DNA from: Acidobacteriota bacterium
GTDB lineage: Bacteria > Acidobacteriota > Blastocatellia > RBC074
Assembly: GCA_037439425.1 (NCBI GenBank)
Contig: JBBIWA010000023.1
Span: forward strand, 251-64,250
Direction of reading: 5' to 3'
DNA length: 64,000 nucleotides
A program made the position numbers and the translations under genes. The notes beneath the pieces were generated by a model, which saw only the letters and a list, made by a program, of their open reading frames with translations, was not told the DNA's origin and did not search any database. Shown here one piece after another: positions 20,071 to 29,417 of the stretch (position 1 is its first letter; the number at the start of each line of letters is the position of its first letter).

Positions 20071-22494
20071 GTGCTCCTTTTTCATCTCATGGCCAAGAAG
20101 AAACAGGAAAAGCACAAGCCGCTAGGCGGCGTGAATGTTGGCGGACTGGCAACGCTGGCTGAGGAGCAATTGGCGCAGGGGCAGATTGATGAAGCGATCA
20201 AGTGGCTGCTGCGCGCCGAAGCTGAGACCAAGCGACTATCGTCCCGCAGCGGGAAAGGGGCTTCTCTCCCGCCTCACCTGGCCGCGGCGCAAGCCTCCAT
20301 CGCACCGTTTCTAGCCCGCGCTTTCGGCCAGCGTGCGCTGGCAGCTAAGAATTTCAATCAGCAAATCGCCGACCTGGAAGAAGCGTTGAAGCGCGCTCCG
20401 GCTGATACTACCTGCTTGCTCGCACTGGGAGCCTGCCAACTGCTGTTGGGGAGACCTGAGCAAGCCTACGAGCGCTTCCGCCAGGCGCACAAAGCATCAC
20501 CTGAGGATCTGCTGGTTAATCGCGCCTTCGCGTTGGGCCTGTTGGCTACTGGTCAGACTCGTGAAGCCGTAGATTGGCTCAGACGGGCATCGGAAGGTCA
20601 TGATCAGATTCAATTCCAACGGCTAAATGCCATCCGTGACCTGCTCGTTGGCAATTTCGCGCGGACCAGAGTGCGTCTGGGAGATGATGAAGGTGGAAAG
20701 ATGAAGGATGAGATAGCAGGCCAGAAGAGAGTTCCATCCTGCATCCTGAATCCTGCCTCCCTCCTGAGCGGCTTGCCGCACCTGGCTGCGGGTGAGATAG
20801 AATGGGCTCAGAAGCAGCTAACTGCGCTGCCCTCAGCCGATCACAATCCTTCTCGCGCTGAGGCTGCGGTGCTTGCCACTCAGTTCTTTTACAGTGGGGC
20901 GCTCTGCTTCCAGACACAACGCTTCAAGGAAGCCGCTGCTCACTGGTTTGAGGCGCGGCGGCTGGCGCAAGCACACGCTTTTCGTCTGCCGTGGCTGGAA
21001 GGGCTGGCTGTTTACTATCACCATCTCGCCGAGAGCGCGATCCGTCATGGGGAACAGGACCTTGCCATTGAATGCTGGCAGCGCACACTGGAGCTTGAAC
21101 CGGGCAATAAAATGGCGGCTGCCAATCTCAGTATTGCTCGGCGAGTTCAGGCCAACCAGGCGTGGCGCGCTGGGGATACGGAGCGAGCTGTCAAGCTGTG
21201 GCAGGAAAGTCTTACCTCGAGCCCGCAGGATGAGCGCTTGCTTAAGAATCTCGCGATTGGGTGTGAGCAGCTCGAACGCAAGCAAGAGGCTGTCACTCAC
21301 TGGCGCCTACTGGCTCGCCTCTGGCGGCAACAAGCCAAGACCCGAGCTGCTGAACCACAGTTCAAACAGCGGCTCCTTCGCTTAGAGCAACACCTGGTCA
21401 AATTGATGATAGCAGCAGAGCTATCAGGCAATGAGGTCTTCAATGAACTGGAATCTGCGCCCAAGCTCGATCCAGACAACCACGACTTGCGGCGGCAGTG
21501 TGCTGAGCTGCTGCTGGAGATAGGGCGGCCGCAGCAGGCGCTCAAATATCTGGAGATAATCGAACGCCAGCAAGGCCAGTCAGCCGATTTGCTCGTGCAG
21601 AAAGGCATGACGTTTGACCAGATGAGACGACCGGAGCAGGCGCGCAAAGCCTTCGAGCGGGCGTTGGAACTGGACCCTTCACATGCTATAGCGCGCCGCA
21701 GTTATCTCGTCTTGCTAGGCAACGAAGCAAGGCAAGCTCAATCAAGAGGCCAACTTGAACGTGCCAGCGAGATCTGCCGCCAACAACTCTCCATTGATTC
21801 TCGATACGCGCCAGCGCTGGCGAATCTGGCCTCGCTCTCTTTCAGCCTCGGCCGCAAGAAGGAAGGCCTGGAATGGATTGCTCGCTATCTCGAGACCGAA
21901 CCAAGCAGCCCGCAAAAGCGGGTGACGGCCGGTAGTATCTACCTCGCTCATGGGTACAATCGCGAGGCCGAGGCCGAGTTCAAGCGCGCGATTGAGCTTG
22001 AGCCGAGTGAGATTTGTTACTTCAACATTGGCCTGTGTTATTTGGAGCATGACAAACTCAAGAAGGCGCTCCAATATTTCGATCTCGCCATCGAAGCTGG
22101 CTCATTCGATGTGCTGTTAGAAATCTTCAGCGCCCTGGCTGAGGCTGATTACCTCCGTGAAGCCGAGCGGTATCTCGACCTGGCGATCAGCCGTTACCCC
22201 CAACATCCATTGCCGCATTTTGCCAAAGCGATTCACATCATTAGCAGCAATCCACTCGCCTTCTTGCTCACCCCCGAGATGTTAGAAAAAGCCTGGCAGG
22301 AAATAGTGGAAGCTGAGCGCCTGAGCTTGATGGACAATGAGTTCAAAGACATGCTTGACGATGTGCGCAAGCTCAAACGTGATATTGAGCGAATGCGCCA
22401 TCTGGAGCGTCAGCTTGATTTCTCAGCAGAGGAAGAGGCGGAGGAGGACTGGGGACCGATACCACCAGAGGTCTGGCGGCGGCTCTACAGATGA
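20071..22494 (+). CDS. Large (807-aa) tetratricopeptide-repeat protein.
   Basis: Multiple TPR-like helical repeats. Tightly linked to the Hsp70 and J-like genes. Confidence 0.7.
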   Translation: MLLFHLMAKKKQEKHKPLGGVNVGGLATLAEEQLAQGQIDEAIKWLLRAEAETKRLSSRSGKGASLPPHLAAAQASIAPFLARAFGQRALAAKNFNQQIADLEEALKRAPADTTCLLALGACQLLLGRPEQAYERFRQAHKASPEDLLVNRAFALGLLATGQTREAVDWLRRASEGHDQIQFQRLNAIRDLLVGNFARTRVRLGDDEGGKMKDEIAGQKRVPSCILNPASLLSGLPHLAAGEIEWAQKQLTALPSADHNPSRAEAAVLATQFFYSGALCFQTQRFKEAAAHWFEARRLAQAHAFRLPWLEGLAVYYHHLAESAIRHGEQDLAIECWQRTLELEPGNKMAAANLSIARRVQANQAWRAGDTERAVKLWQESLTSSPQDERLLKNLAIGCEQLERKQEAVTHWRLLARLWRQQAKTRAAEPQFKQRLLRLEQHLVKLMIAAELSGNEVFNELESAPKLDPDNHDLRRQCAELLLEIGRPQQALKYLEIIERQQGQSADLLVQKGMTFDQMRRPEQARKAFERALELDPSHAIARRSYLVLLGNEARQAQSRGQLERASEICRQQLSIDSRYAPALANLASLSFSLGRKKEGLEWIARYLETEPSSPQKRVTAGSIYLAHGYNREAEAEFKRAIELEPSEICYFNIGLCYLEHDKLKKALQYFDLAIEAGSFDVLLEIFSALAEADYLREAERYLDLAISRYPQHPLPHFAKAIHIISSNPLAFLLTPEMLEKAWQEIVEAERLSLMDNEFKDMLDDVRKLKRDIERMRHLERQLDFSAEEEAEEDWGPIPPEVWRRLYR

Positions 22495-22503
22495 GGTCTG
22501 GCG

Positions 22504-22878
22504 ATGAATCCATTGCTTCCTGAAGACCCATATAAAGTGCTCGGCGTGGAACGTCAGGCGACCGAGGCCGAAATCAAACAGGCTTACTTTAGCCTGGTTC
22601 GCGAGCATCCGCCTGAACGCGATCCGGAGGGCTTCAAACGCGTCCGGGCAGCTTACGAAAAATTGAGAACTGCCACCGAGCGCATAGAAACAGACCTCTT
22701 TCCGATTGATGATCAGCCCCTCACTCTGGAGCTGGCCGCTCTTCGGCGACCCGAAACTGAGCCACCGCCGATCACTTTGGAGACGATCAAGACCGACCTG
22801 CTGGCGCTCGAGGCGCTGCTTTTGCTCGAAGAAATAAAAGAGCGTAGTTTCAGCTTAAGCGGACCAGAGACCGCATAA
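22504..22878 (+). CDS. J-domain-like protein (DnaJ-like co-chaperone) in which the HPD motif reads HPP.
   Basis: DPYKVLGVERQATEAEIKQAYFSLVREHPPERDPEGFKRVRAAYEKL shows the helix II-loop-helix III J-domain pattern. Confidence 0.6.
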   Translation: MNPLLPEDPYKVLGVERQATEAEIKQAYFSLVREHPPERDPEGFKRVRAAYEKLRTATERIETDLFPIDDQPLTLELAALRRPETEPPPITLETIKTDLLALEALLLLEEIKERSFSLSGPETA

Positions 22879-22977
22879 ATCGCGCCTGAGCGTGCTGGCG
22901 TAGTCCAGACTCGTCGCCCCCCGCTCGTAGCTGGCGAACTTCTTGCTGTTGAGATTGGCGGGCGCTGCTGGGTCTAT

Positions 22978-23229
22978 CTACTCCATCAACTTCTGTCTGT
23001 GGGGATCGAACTCTCCGCGATAGACCACACCCCCATCACTCTTGGTCAACTTGCGGCTGCTGCCCAGATAATCCACGTGCACCCAGTAGAACTGGTAGCT
23101 GTTGAAGTCTGAGACAGCCGTCCATATCTCCTGATAGTCGAGTGACTGATGCAACCGCCGAGGATTGTAGAAGTCGAAATAGCGACCGATCCCACTCCGC
23201 TCCTCTTTCGGATTGGCGTAGTCAAGCAC
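22978..23229 (-). pseudogene. Gene remnant with an integrase-tail-like segment (YFDFYNPRRLHQSLDYQ) and an RHS/YD-repeat-like segment (HVDYLGSSRKLTKSDGGVVYRGEFDP).
   Basis: Short ORF in a 680-bp stretch with no intact gene. Motif resemblance only. Confidence 0.2.
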
Positions 23230-23565
23230 CTAGACCTCTTGGTAATTGCTCGGTGATTTTCCTGACCCGTAGAAAGGGCAGTCAGTGTAACTTTCCGGGT
23301 CCGATGTTTCAGCGCGATTTCCCCCGCTGTTGGCGGGAGCGATTTGTAGTAAAGGCTCGAGCGACTCAGGCTCAAAAGTTCCGCTGGTACCCCCAAGCTC
23401 AACCATCATGTAGTAGGGGGTGCAGTGTCCTCCAGGCGATAAGGTGCCAAAAGTAACTCCTTTGATTATGCGAGTAGCTCGGTTTTGAGCCTAAAAGCGT
23501 AATATGTTGTGGCTTTGCCGCCAAGCCCCGATATCTTCCGCTAATCAAATGCCGGGAGTTAAAAC

Positions 23566-24198
23566 TCACTGCGGGAACAACTCATCCTCGATCAACTGAC
23601 AAAGGATATGGCCTACTTCGATGTGGACCTCTTGAACGCGCGGCGTGCTGGTGGTAGGTACAATGAGCGGTAGATCAACCAGCGAGGCCAGGCGGCCACC
23701 ATCCCCGCCAAGCAAACCAATGGTGCGCAGATCCATCTGGCGCGCCTGCTTGACGCCTTCGACGACATTCGGTGAATTGCCGCTGGTTGAGATGGCCAGC
23801 GCCACATCGCCGCGACGACCCAAGGCAGCCACTTGCCGCGAAAAGACGAAATGAAACGAACGATCATTGCTGATCGCGGTCAGCAGCGAGGTATCGGTCG
23901 TCAGCGCAATGGCTGGCAAAGCTGCCCGCTCGCGGCCCATCTTGAAAGCCAGCTCAGCAGCGATATGCTGAGCGTCGGCTGCGGAACCGCCGTTGCCGAA
24001 AATCAGCAACTTGCCGCCAGCGCGGAAAGCTTGAATGATCATGCGCGCCGCGCGGGCGATATCGGCCGTGGCTCGCTCGAAGAACCGGCACTTGGCATCG
24101 AAAGCAGCCATGACCATTTCGTTGATCTTGTCCTCAAAATTCTGCTCGCGCTCCGGCTCGCGGGGCAGCGAGACAGCTTTAGCGATAGGTGTGCTCAT
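23566..24198 (-). CDS. gmhA: SIS-domain sedoheptulose-7-phosphate isomerase (GmhA/DiaA family).
   Basis: 210 aa. LLIFGNGGSAADAQHIAAEL...AISTSGNSPNV. Confidence 0.75.
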   Translation of the reverse strand: MSTPIAKAVSLPREPEREQNFEDKINEMVMAAFDAKCRFFERATADIARAARMIIQAFRAGGKLLIFGNGGSAADAQHIAAELAFKMGRERAALPAIALTTDTSLLTAISNDRSFHFVFSRQVAALGRRGDVALAISTSGNSPNVVEGVKQARQMDLRTIGLLGGDGGRLASLVDLPLIVPTTSTPRVQEVHIEVGHILCQLIEDELFPQ

Positions 24199-24202
24199 AG
24201 CT

Positions 24203-25492
24203 CTATTCTCTCACGGTAAAGGTAAATTCCTGCTTGCTGATACGAATGCGATCGCCCACTTTGAGTCGGGTCGGCGCAGTGATCTTTTTGCCATTGAGCC
24301 AGACGCCGTTGCGGCTGTGCTGGTCAACGATGAAATAGCCTGATTCCTGGCGAATGATCTCAGCGTGATAGCGGCTCACCCGTTCGTTGTTGAGGACGAT
24401 GTCGTTATCGAGGTTGCGGCCGATGCGCGTCTGGCGGCGGCGCAAGGGGTAGCATTTATGACTGTCCACAGCAATAAGCAACAGGTGCGGGTCGGGCGCA
24501 TTGTCATCAGCTTCGCTCAGTTCACCGGAACCAGAGAGCGTCACTAGCTCTTTCGGCTCAGCTTCCAGGGCCGCTGCTGACTCTTTGCGCGGGAGATAAC
24601 CCGTGCGTAAGAAGGTCTCTGGCAGCGCCTCCAGGATCTGCGTGTAGCTTCGCTCCTCCGGCACCAACTGGCGAAACTTGTCCGAGAGCGCAAAGCGAAC
24701 CAGATTGCGCACTCGCGCAGTTAGATAAGGCTGCTCGGCAATGATTTCCGTCACGCGCCCGCCGACGCTGCGCACATCATTGATCTGCTCCAGAAATTCG
24801 CGAATATCAAGCTTCTCGTAGAGTTTTATCCCCACCCCGAACTTGAGCATGGAGCTCACGGCGGTGGTCAGCGAGCGGCAAGCAATGAATCCAGCCCGGT
24901 CAGCAGTGTATTCGCCACGGTTGACCCAATCGCCGAAGATCACGCTGTTGAGCAACTTCCCAATCACAGCCACATCAGACCCGACTGGCTTCAGCAGCAC
25001 TCGCAACCAGGTATGGCCAGCAGAGATATGACCAATTTCGCGCCCGATGAAGAACTGCAAATTGCCCGGCTCCATCTGATCGACCATCGAAGAGGTGATC
25101 ACAATCAGAGGCTTACCCCACAGCCCCAAAGGATAGATGTTCATCTCCGAAGCGCGCTTGACGTAAACTGGCACGGGCGAAACAGACAACCGCTCGGCGG
25201 CGGTCACCGCCAATTGGTAGAGTTCGGGAAACTGGCGGGGGCTGACCCGCACCAGCGTCCCGAAAGCCGCGCGCTGCTGGACTATCACCATCACAAGATA
25301 AACAGCAATCCCTGCGGCCGTGATCGCCAGAGCTTGCCAAACTTGCTTCAAGTTACTCGGAAAGAGCCAGATAGCCAGCCCGTAAAGTACCGTGATGATA
25401 ATAAAGGTCAGCACCAGCGACAAAACTTCGCCAGGATAGCGATAGTCACGCAGCTTGAGCTTTCTCGCACCTATAACATCGCCTCTCATCAA
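24203..25492 (-). CDS. Membrane M48-family peptidase-like domain fused to a C-terminal FHA domain. The zinc motif reads RExxH.
   Basis: TM helices, then VYVKRASEMNIYPLGLWGKPLIVITSSMV...FFIGREIGHISAGH (M48 core), then the FHA domain TRIGRNLDNDIVLNNERVSRYHAEIIRQESGYFIVDQHSRNGVWLNG. Confidence 0.65.
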   Translation of the reverse strand: MMRGDVIGARKLKLRDYRYPGEVLSLVLTFIIITVLYGLAIWLFPSNLKQVWQALAITAAGIAVYLVMVIVQQRAAFGTLVRVSPRQFPELYQLAVTAAERLSVSPVPVYVKRASEMNIYPLGLWGKPLIVITSSMVDQMEPGNLQFFIGREIGHISAGHTWLRVLLKPVGSDVAVIGKLLNSVIFGDWVNRGEYTADRAGFIACRSLTTAVSSMLKFGVGIKLYEKLDIREFLEQINDVRSVGGRVTEIIAEQPYLTARVRNLVRFALSDKFRQLVPEERSYTQILEALPETFLRTGYLPRKESAAALEAEPKELVTLSGSGELSEADDNAPDPHLLLIAVDSHKCYPLRRRQTRIGRNLDNDIVLNNERVSRYHAEIIRQESGYFIVDQHSRNGVWLNGKKITAPTRLKVGDRIRISKQEFTFTVRE

Positions 25493-25691
25493 GTAGCCTC
25501 TGGTAACTTAGGAAATTGCGCACCTATTATAACAAAAGGGTCGCCAGGATTTATAGACGCAGGCCACCTTCACTTTTCAACGCCGCAGATAAGGGCGAGT
25601 GGTTGCTGACAGACGCACTCGATTGTACAATACCGGGCCAAGTGATCACAGGCGTAATCCCAGGGTAAACTCTTTATCACGGAGGCAATCT

Positions 25692-27368
25692 ATGCAGCGC
25701 TTTCGATTCTCTTTCCACCCCTTATGGCCGCTTCTGGCTCTACTTGTCATAGTAGCTTTTGTCCTGCCAGCAGCAGCTCAACAATCCTCAAAGACCCAAT
25801 TAGGCAAGGTAGATTTTCCAACCTCTGGCTCGCCACAGGCGCAAGCCCATTTTCTTCGTGGGGTCGCCGCGCTGCATTCTTTCTGGTACGAAGAAGCGCT
25901 GGAAGCCTTCCGCGAAGCGACCAGAGTGGATCCGGACTTTGCTATGGGCTACTGGGGCGAAGCCATGACGTATAATCACCCGCTCTGGGCACAACAAGAC
26001 ACCGAAGCGGCCAGAGCTGCGCTCGCTAAGATCAAAGATACTTCAAAGCTAACGGCCAGAGAGCAAGCCTATCTGAAGGCGGTGAAGCTCCTCTATGGCG
26101 AAGGCGACAAGCTGAGCCGCGATCTGGCTTACGCGACGGCGATGGAGAAGCTCTATCGTGATTACCCGGATGATTTAGAAGCGGCGGCTTTCTATGCGCT
26201 TTCGCTGTTGGGAACAGTGCGGCCGGGTGATAAAGGGTTTCAGCGCCAGATGAAGGCTGGGGCGATTGCGCTGGAGGTTTATCAAAAGAACCCTGATCAT
26301 CCCGGCGCAGCACATTACATCATCCACGCATTTGATGATCCGGAGCACGCGATCCTGGCGCTGCCGGCTGCGCGCCGTTACGCTGAGATCGCACCCGAAG
26401 CGCATCACGCGCGCCATATGCCTTCACATATCTTTTTGCAACTCGGCATGTGGCCAGAAGCAGCCGCCTCAAATGAATCGGCTTGGGCTGTCTCCGACAG
26501 TTGGGTCAAGCGTAAGAAGCTGGCGCTTAGTCTTCGCGATTATCACAGCTACCATTGGTTGATCTACGTCTACTTGCAGCAAGGCCGCTACGCTCGGGCT
26601 GAAGAGTTGCTCGCGCAGTTGCGGCAAACGATGCAGGAGCATGGACGCGAGAGCGTGCGCTGGTACGATGATATGGTGGCAGCCTTCATCGTGGAGACGC
26701 AACGGTGGGAGCTGGCAGCGAAGCTATTTGAGACTCCGGCCAGCAAAACGGCAGCCGGACCTGAGGGTGGGGAACACGCCGGACACGGCGCCGCGTCAAA
26801 ACCTGCTACCACGATGGTTCCCAATACCAGACGCGGCCAAGCTCTGCCGCTCTTCGTGCGCAGCCTGGCCGCAGCTAGCGGTGCGCGGCCTGAAGCCGAG
26901 AAGCTGCTGGCTGAATTGCGCGCGCTCCGCCAGCGGAACAGCGATGCTTACGGCGCGAAGATGATGGAGATTCAGGAACTGGAAGTGGCAGCATTGCTAA
27001 GCGCAGCGCAGGGCAATTACCAACAAGCCATCGCCTCGATGAAGAAGGCAACCGCGCTTGAAGAAGAATTGTCTCCGCCTTCAGGCCCACCCGATCTGAT
27101 TAAACCTTCGCACGAGTTGTTCGGCGAGATTCTGCTCGGCGCGGGCCTTCCCAAAGAAGCCGCACAGCAGTTTGCAAAAGCGTTGCTCAGACAGCCCAAT
27201 CGCGCGCGTTCACTGCTCGGCGCAGCGCGAGCTGCCGCGCAGAGTGGTGACCAAGCTGGCGCGGCGACGGCTTACGCGAGGTTCTTGCAGATCTGGAAAC
27301 AGGCTGACGCTCAGTTGCCAGAGCTGCGTGAGGCGCAGCAGTACCTGGATCAGGCGAGCGCGCGGTAA
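25692..27368 (+). CDS. Secreted helical-repeat (TPR-like) hypothetical protein.
   Basis: ATG at 25692, 7 nt after GGAGG. Signal peptide, then ~530 aa of helical repeats. Confidence 0.5.
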   Translation: MQRFRFSFHPLWPLLALLVIVAFVLPAAAQQSSKTQLGKVDFPTSGSPQAQAHFLRGVAALHSFWYEEALEAFREATRVDPDFAMGYWGEAMTYNHPLWAQQDTEAARAALAKIKDTSKLTAREQAYLKAVKLLYGEGDKLSRDLAYATAMEKLYRDYPDDLEAAAFYALSLLGTVRPGDKGFQRQMKAGAIALEVYQKNPDHPGAAHYIIHAFDDPEHAILALPAARRYAEIAPEAHHARHMPSHIFLQLGMWPEAAASNESAWAVSDSWVKRKKLALSLRDYHSYHWLIYVYLQQGRYARAEELLAQLRQTMQEHGRESVRWYDDMVAAFIVETQRWELAAKLFETPASKTAAGPEGGEHAGHGAASKPATTMVPNTRRGQALPLFVRSLAAASGARPEAEKLLAELRALRQRNSDAYGAKMMEIQELEVAALLSAAQGNYQQAIASMKKATALEEELSPPSGPPDLIKPSHELFGEILLGAGLPKEAAQQFAKALLRQPNRARSLLGAARAAAQSGDQAGAATAYARFLQIWKQADAQLPELREAQQYLDQASAR

Positions 27369-27650
27369 CGACAACCAGATGATCAGGAGATCACGAGACG
27401 ATCATCGGGCGCAGGCGCTATGAACAGTTTGTTGTCCATTCTTCCTTATCCAGCCGCCATCAACTACATCAGGTACTCTCTCCATGACCGATGCATTGTG
27501 AAGCAAAGGGAAGGGGATAATGGACAATGAGGAGCATTCCTCGGTTAATTTCGCAAGCGACTACTAGAGCCTTCCTGAAGCGGCCGCTAACCCAAGCGTG
27601 AGCAAGGGCTCTGTGGAGAACGAACCATCAGTCACCGTCAAGGACCGTGC

Positions 27651-29036
27651 ATGCATCAACCAATAGAGGCGGGGTTAATCAGAGGAATTCGCCGGTGGGA
27701 CCTGGTCGCGGTCGCGCTCAACGGGATCATCGGGGCGGGCATTTTTGGACTGCCGTCGAAGGTTTACGCTTTGATCGGTCCCTACAGCCTGATCGCCTTT
27801 GTGGCCTGCGCGCTGGTTGTGGCATTGATTATTCTGTGTTTCGCTGAAGTGGGTAGCCGCTTCAGCGAAACGGGCGGACCATACCTTTATGCGCGCGAGG
27901 CGCTGGGGTCTGTAGCTGGCTTCGAGGTGGGCTGGCTGGTATGGCTGTCGCGGCTGACGGCGTTTGCGGCCAATTGCAATCTGCTGGTTGAATATCTCGG
28001 CTATTTCTGGCCGCAGGTGGTGGCGGGCTGGCCGCGTGCGATGGTGATTACGACCGTCGTCGTTTCGCTCACTGTAGCCAACGTCACCGGCGTGAGCAAT
28101 GCGGCCAAGCTCAGCAATCTCTTCACCGTAGCGAAGCTGATCCCGATCACGCTGTTTATCGGGGCCGGACTGTTCTTTCTCAATCCGCAGAATTTTGTTT
28201 CTGCGACGCAGCCCGCCTTTGACAACTTCTCACAGGCCGTGTTGCTGCTGGTTTACGCATTCACCGGTTTTGAGATGGCGATGATCCCGGCGGGCGAAAT
28301 ACACAACCCACAACGCAATCTGCCTTTCGCCATCCTCCTAACCATCGGAGCTGTGGCATTGATTTACATCCTGATTCAAGTGGTGTGTGTCGGGACGCTG
28401 CCGGAGCTGGCCACTTCCAATCGCCCGTTGGCTGATGCGAGCCATCGGTTTCTCGGCGCGGCTGGTGCCAGTGTGATCACGGCGGGCGCGATTGTTTCGA
28501 TCACTGGTAACCTGGTTGTGATCATCCTGTCCGGAGCGCGTTTGCCTTTTGCGATGGCAAGCCAGCGCCAGCTGCCGCGCCTGCTGGCTGCAACGCACGA
28601 ACGCTTTCACACGCCGCACATTGCGATCCTGCTGACGGGTGCGATTATGCTGGCGCTCACGCTGTCAGGCACCTTCATCTACGCCGTGACGATCAGCACA
28701 ATTGCTAGGCTCTTGTCCTATGCCTCTGCCTGCGTGGGGCTGCTGATTCTGCGCCGTCGCGATGAGCAGCGGCCCGCCTTGTTCAAAGCGCCGGCTGGCA
28801 TTGTGGTCTCGGGCGCGTCGCTTGCGCTGATTACGTGGCTGCTTTCACACAGCACCTGGCGTGAAGCAGGCCATGCCAGCCTGGCAGCAGCAGCCGGTCT
28901 GCTGATTTACCTCGGGTACAAGTTATGGCGTGGCGGGGCAAGGGCTGAAAAGATAGCCCAGCCCACCGCAGGCTTAATCACCGCCGAGGTCCCAAACAGT
29001 CTGGCTTCGGATTTACCACCGGAGGGAAAGAGATGA
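27651..29036 (+). CDS. APC-superfamily amino acid permease.
   Basis: 461 aa, 12 TM. N-terminal GIIGAGIFGLPS signature. Confidence 0.85.
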   Translation: MHQPIEAGLIRGIRRWDLVAVALNGIIGAGIFGLPSKVYALIGPYSLIAFVACALVVALIILCFAEVGSRFSETGGPYLYAREALGSVAGFEVGWLVWLSRLTAFAANCNLLVEYLGYFWPQVVAGWPRAMVITTVVVSLTVANVTGVSNAAKLSNLFTVAKLIPITLFIGAGLFFLNPQNFVSATQPAFDNFSQAVLLLVYAFTGFEMAMIPAGEIHNPQRNLPFAILLTIGAVALIYILIQVVCVGTLPELATSNRPLADASHRFLGAAGASVITAGAIVSITGNLVVIILSGARLPFAMASQRQLPRLLAATHERFHTPHIAILLTGAIMLALTLSGTFIYAVTISTIARLLSYASACVGLLILRRRDEQRPALFKAPAGIVVSGASLALITWLLSHSTWREAGHASLAAAAGLLIYLGYKLWRGGARAEKIAQPTAGLITAEVPNSLASDLPPEGKR

Positions 29037-29395
29037 AAGTACCGCTTCTCAAATTAGCTCATGCTCGTTCAGGCGACAAAGGAGATACTGCCAATATCGG
29101 ACTGATTGCGCTCAAAGCGGACTACTACCCGATCCTCGTCAAAGAGGTCACCGCAGAGCGGGTCAAGCAGCATTTCGCTGAATTTTGCCACGGTGAAGTA
29201 GAGCGCTATGAGCTGCCCAATCTCAATGCACTCAACTTTCTCTTGCACCGCAGCCTGGGTGGTGGTGGTACGCTTTCACTCAGGGCTGACCCTCAGGGCA
29301 AGACACTCAGCGCAGCGTTGTTACGAATGGAGATCGAGGTGGATGAAGAACAGATGAGAAGGATCGGGCGTGAGGGGGTGGAGTTGCGGGCCTGA
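29033..29395 (+). CDS. DUF4387-like (AtuA C-terminal-domain-like) small protein, translationally coupled to the permease.
   Basis: ARSGDKGDTANIG...ERYELPNLNALNF, recalled as the DUF4387 pattern. ATGA overlap with the permease stop. Confidence 0.4.
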   Translation: MKVPLLKLAHARSGDKGDTANIGLIALKADYYPILVKEVTAERVKQHFAEFCHGEVERYELPNLNALNFLLHRSLGGGGTLSLRADPQGKTLSAALLRMEIEVDEEQMRRIGREGVELRA

Positions 29396-29417
29396 TTGCC
29401 CACCCCCCGAGACCTGA

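Noticed and set aside
27369-27650. A riboswitch in the 280-bp leader of the amino-acid permease gene.
   Set aside because: The leader is long and could be regulatory, but no recognisable conserved riboswitch core could be identified by eye. It is left as unverified.
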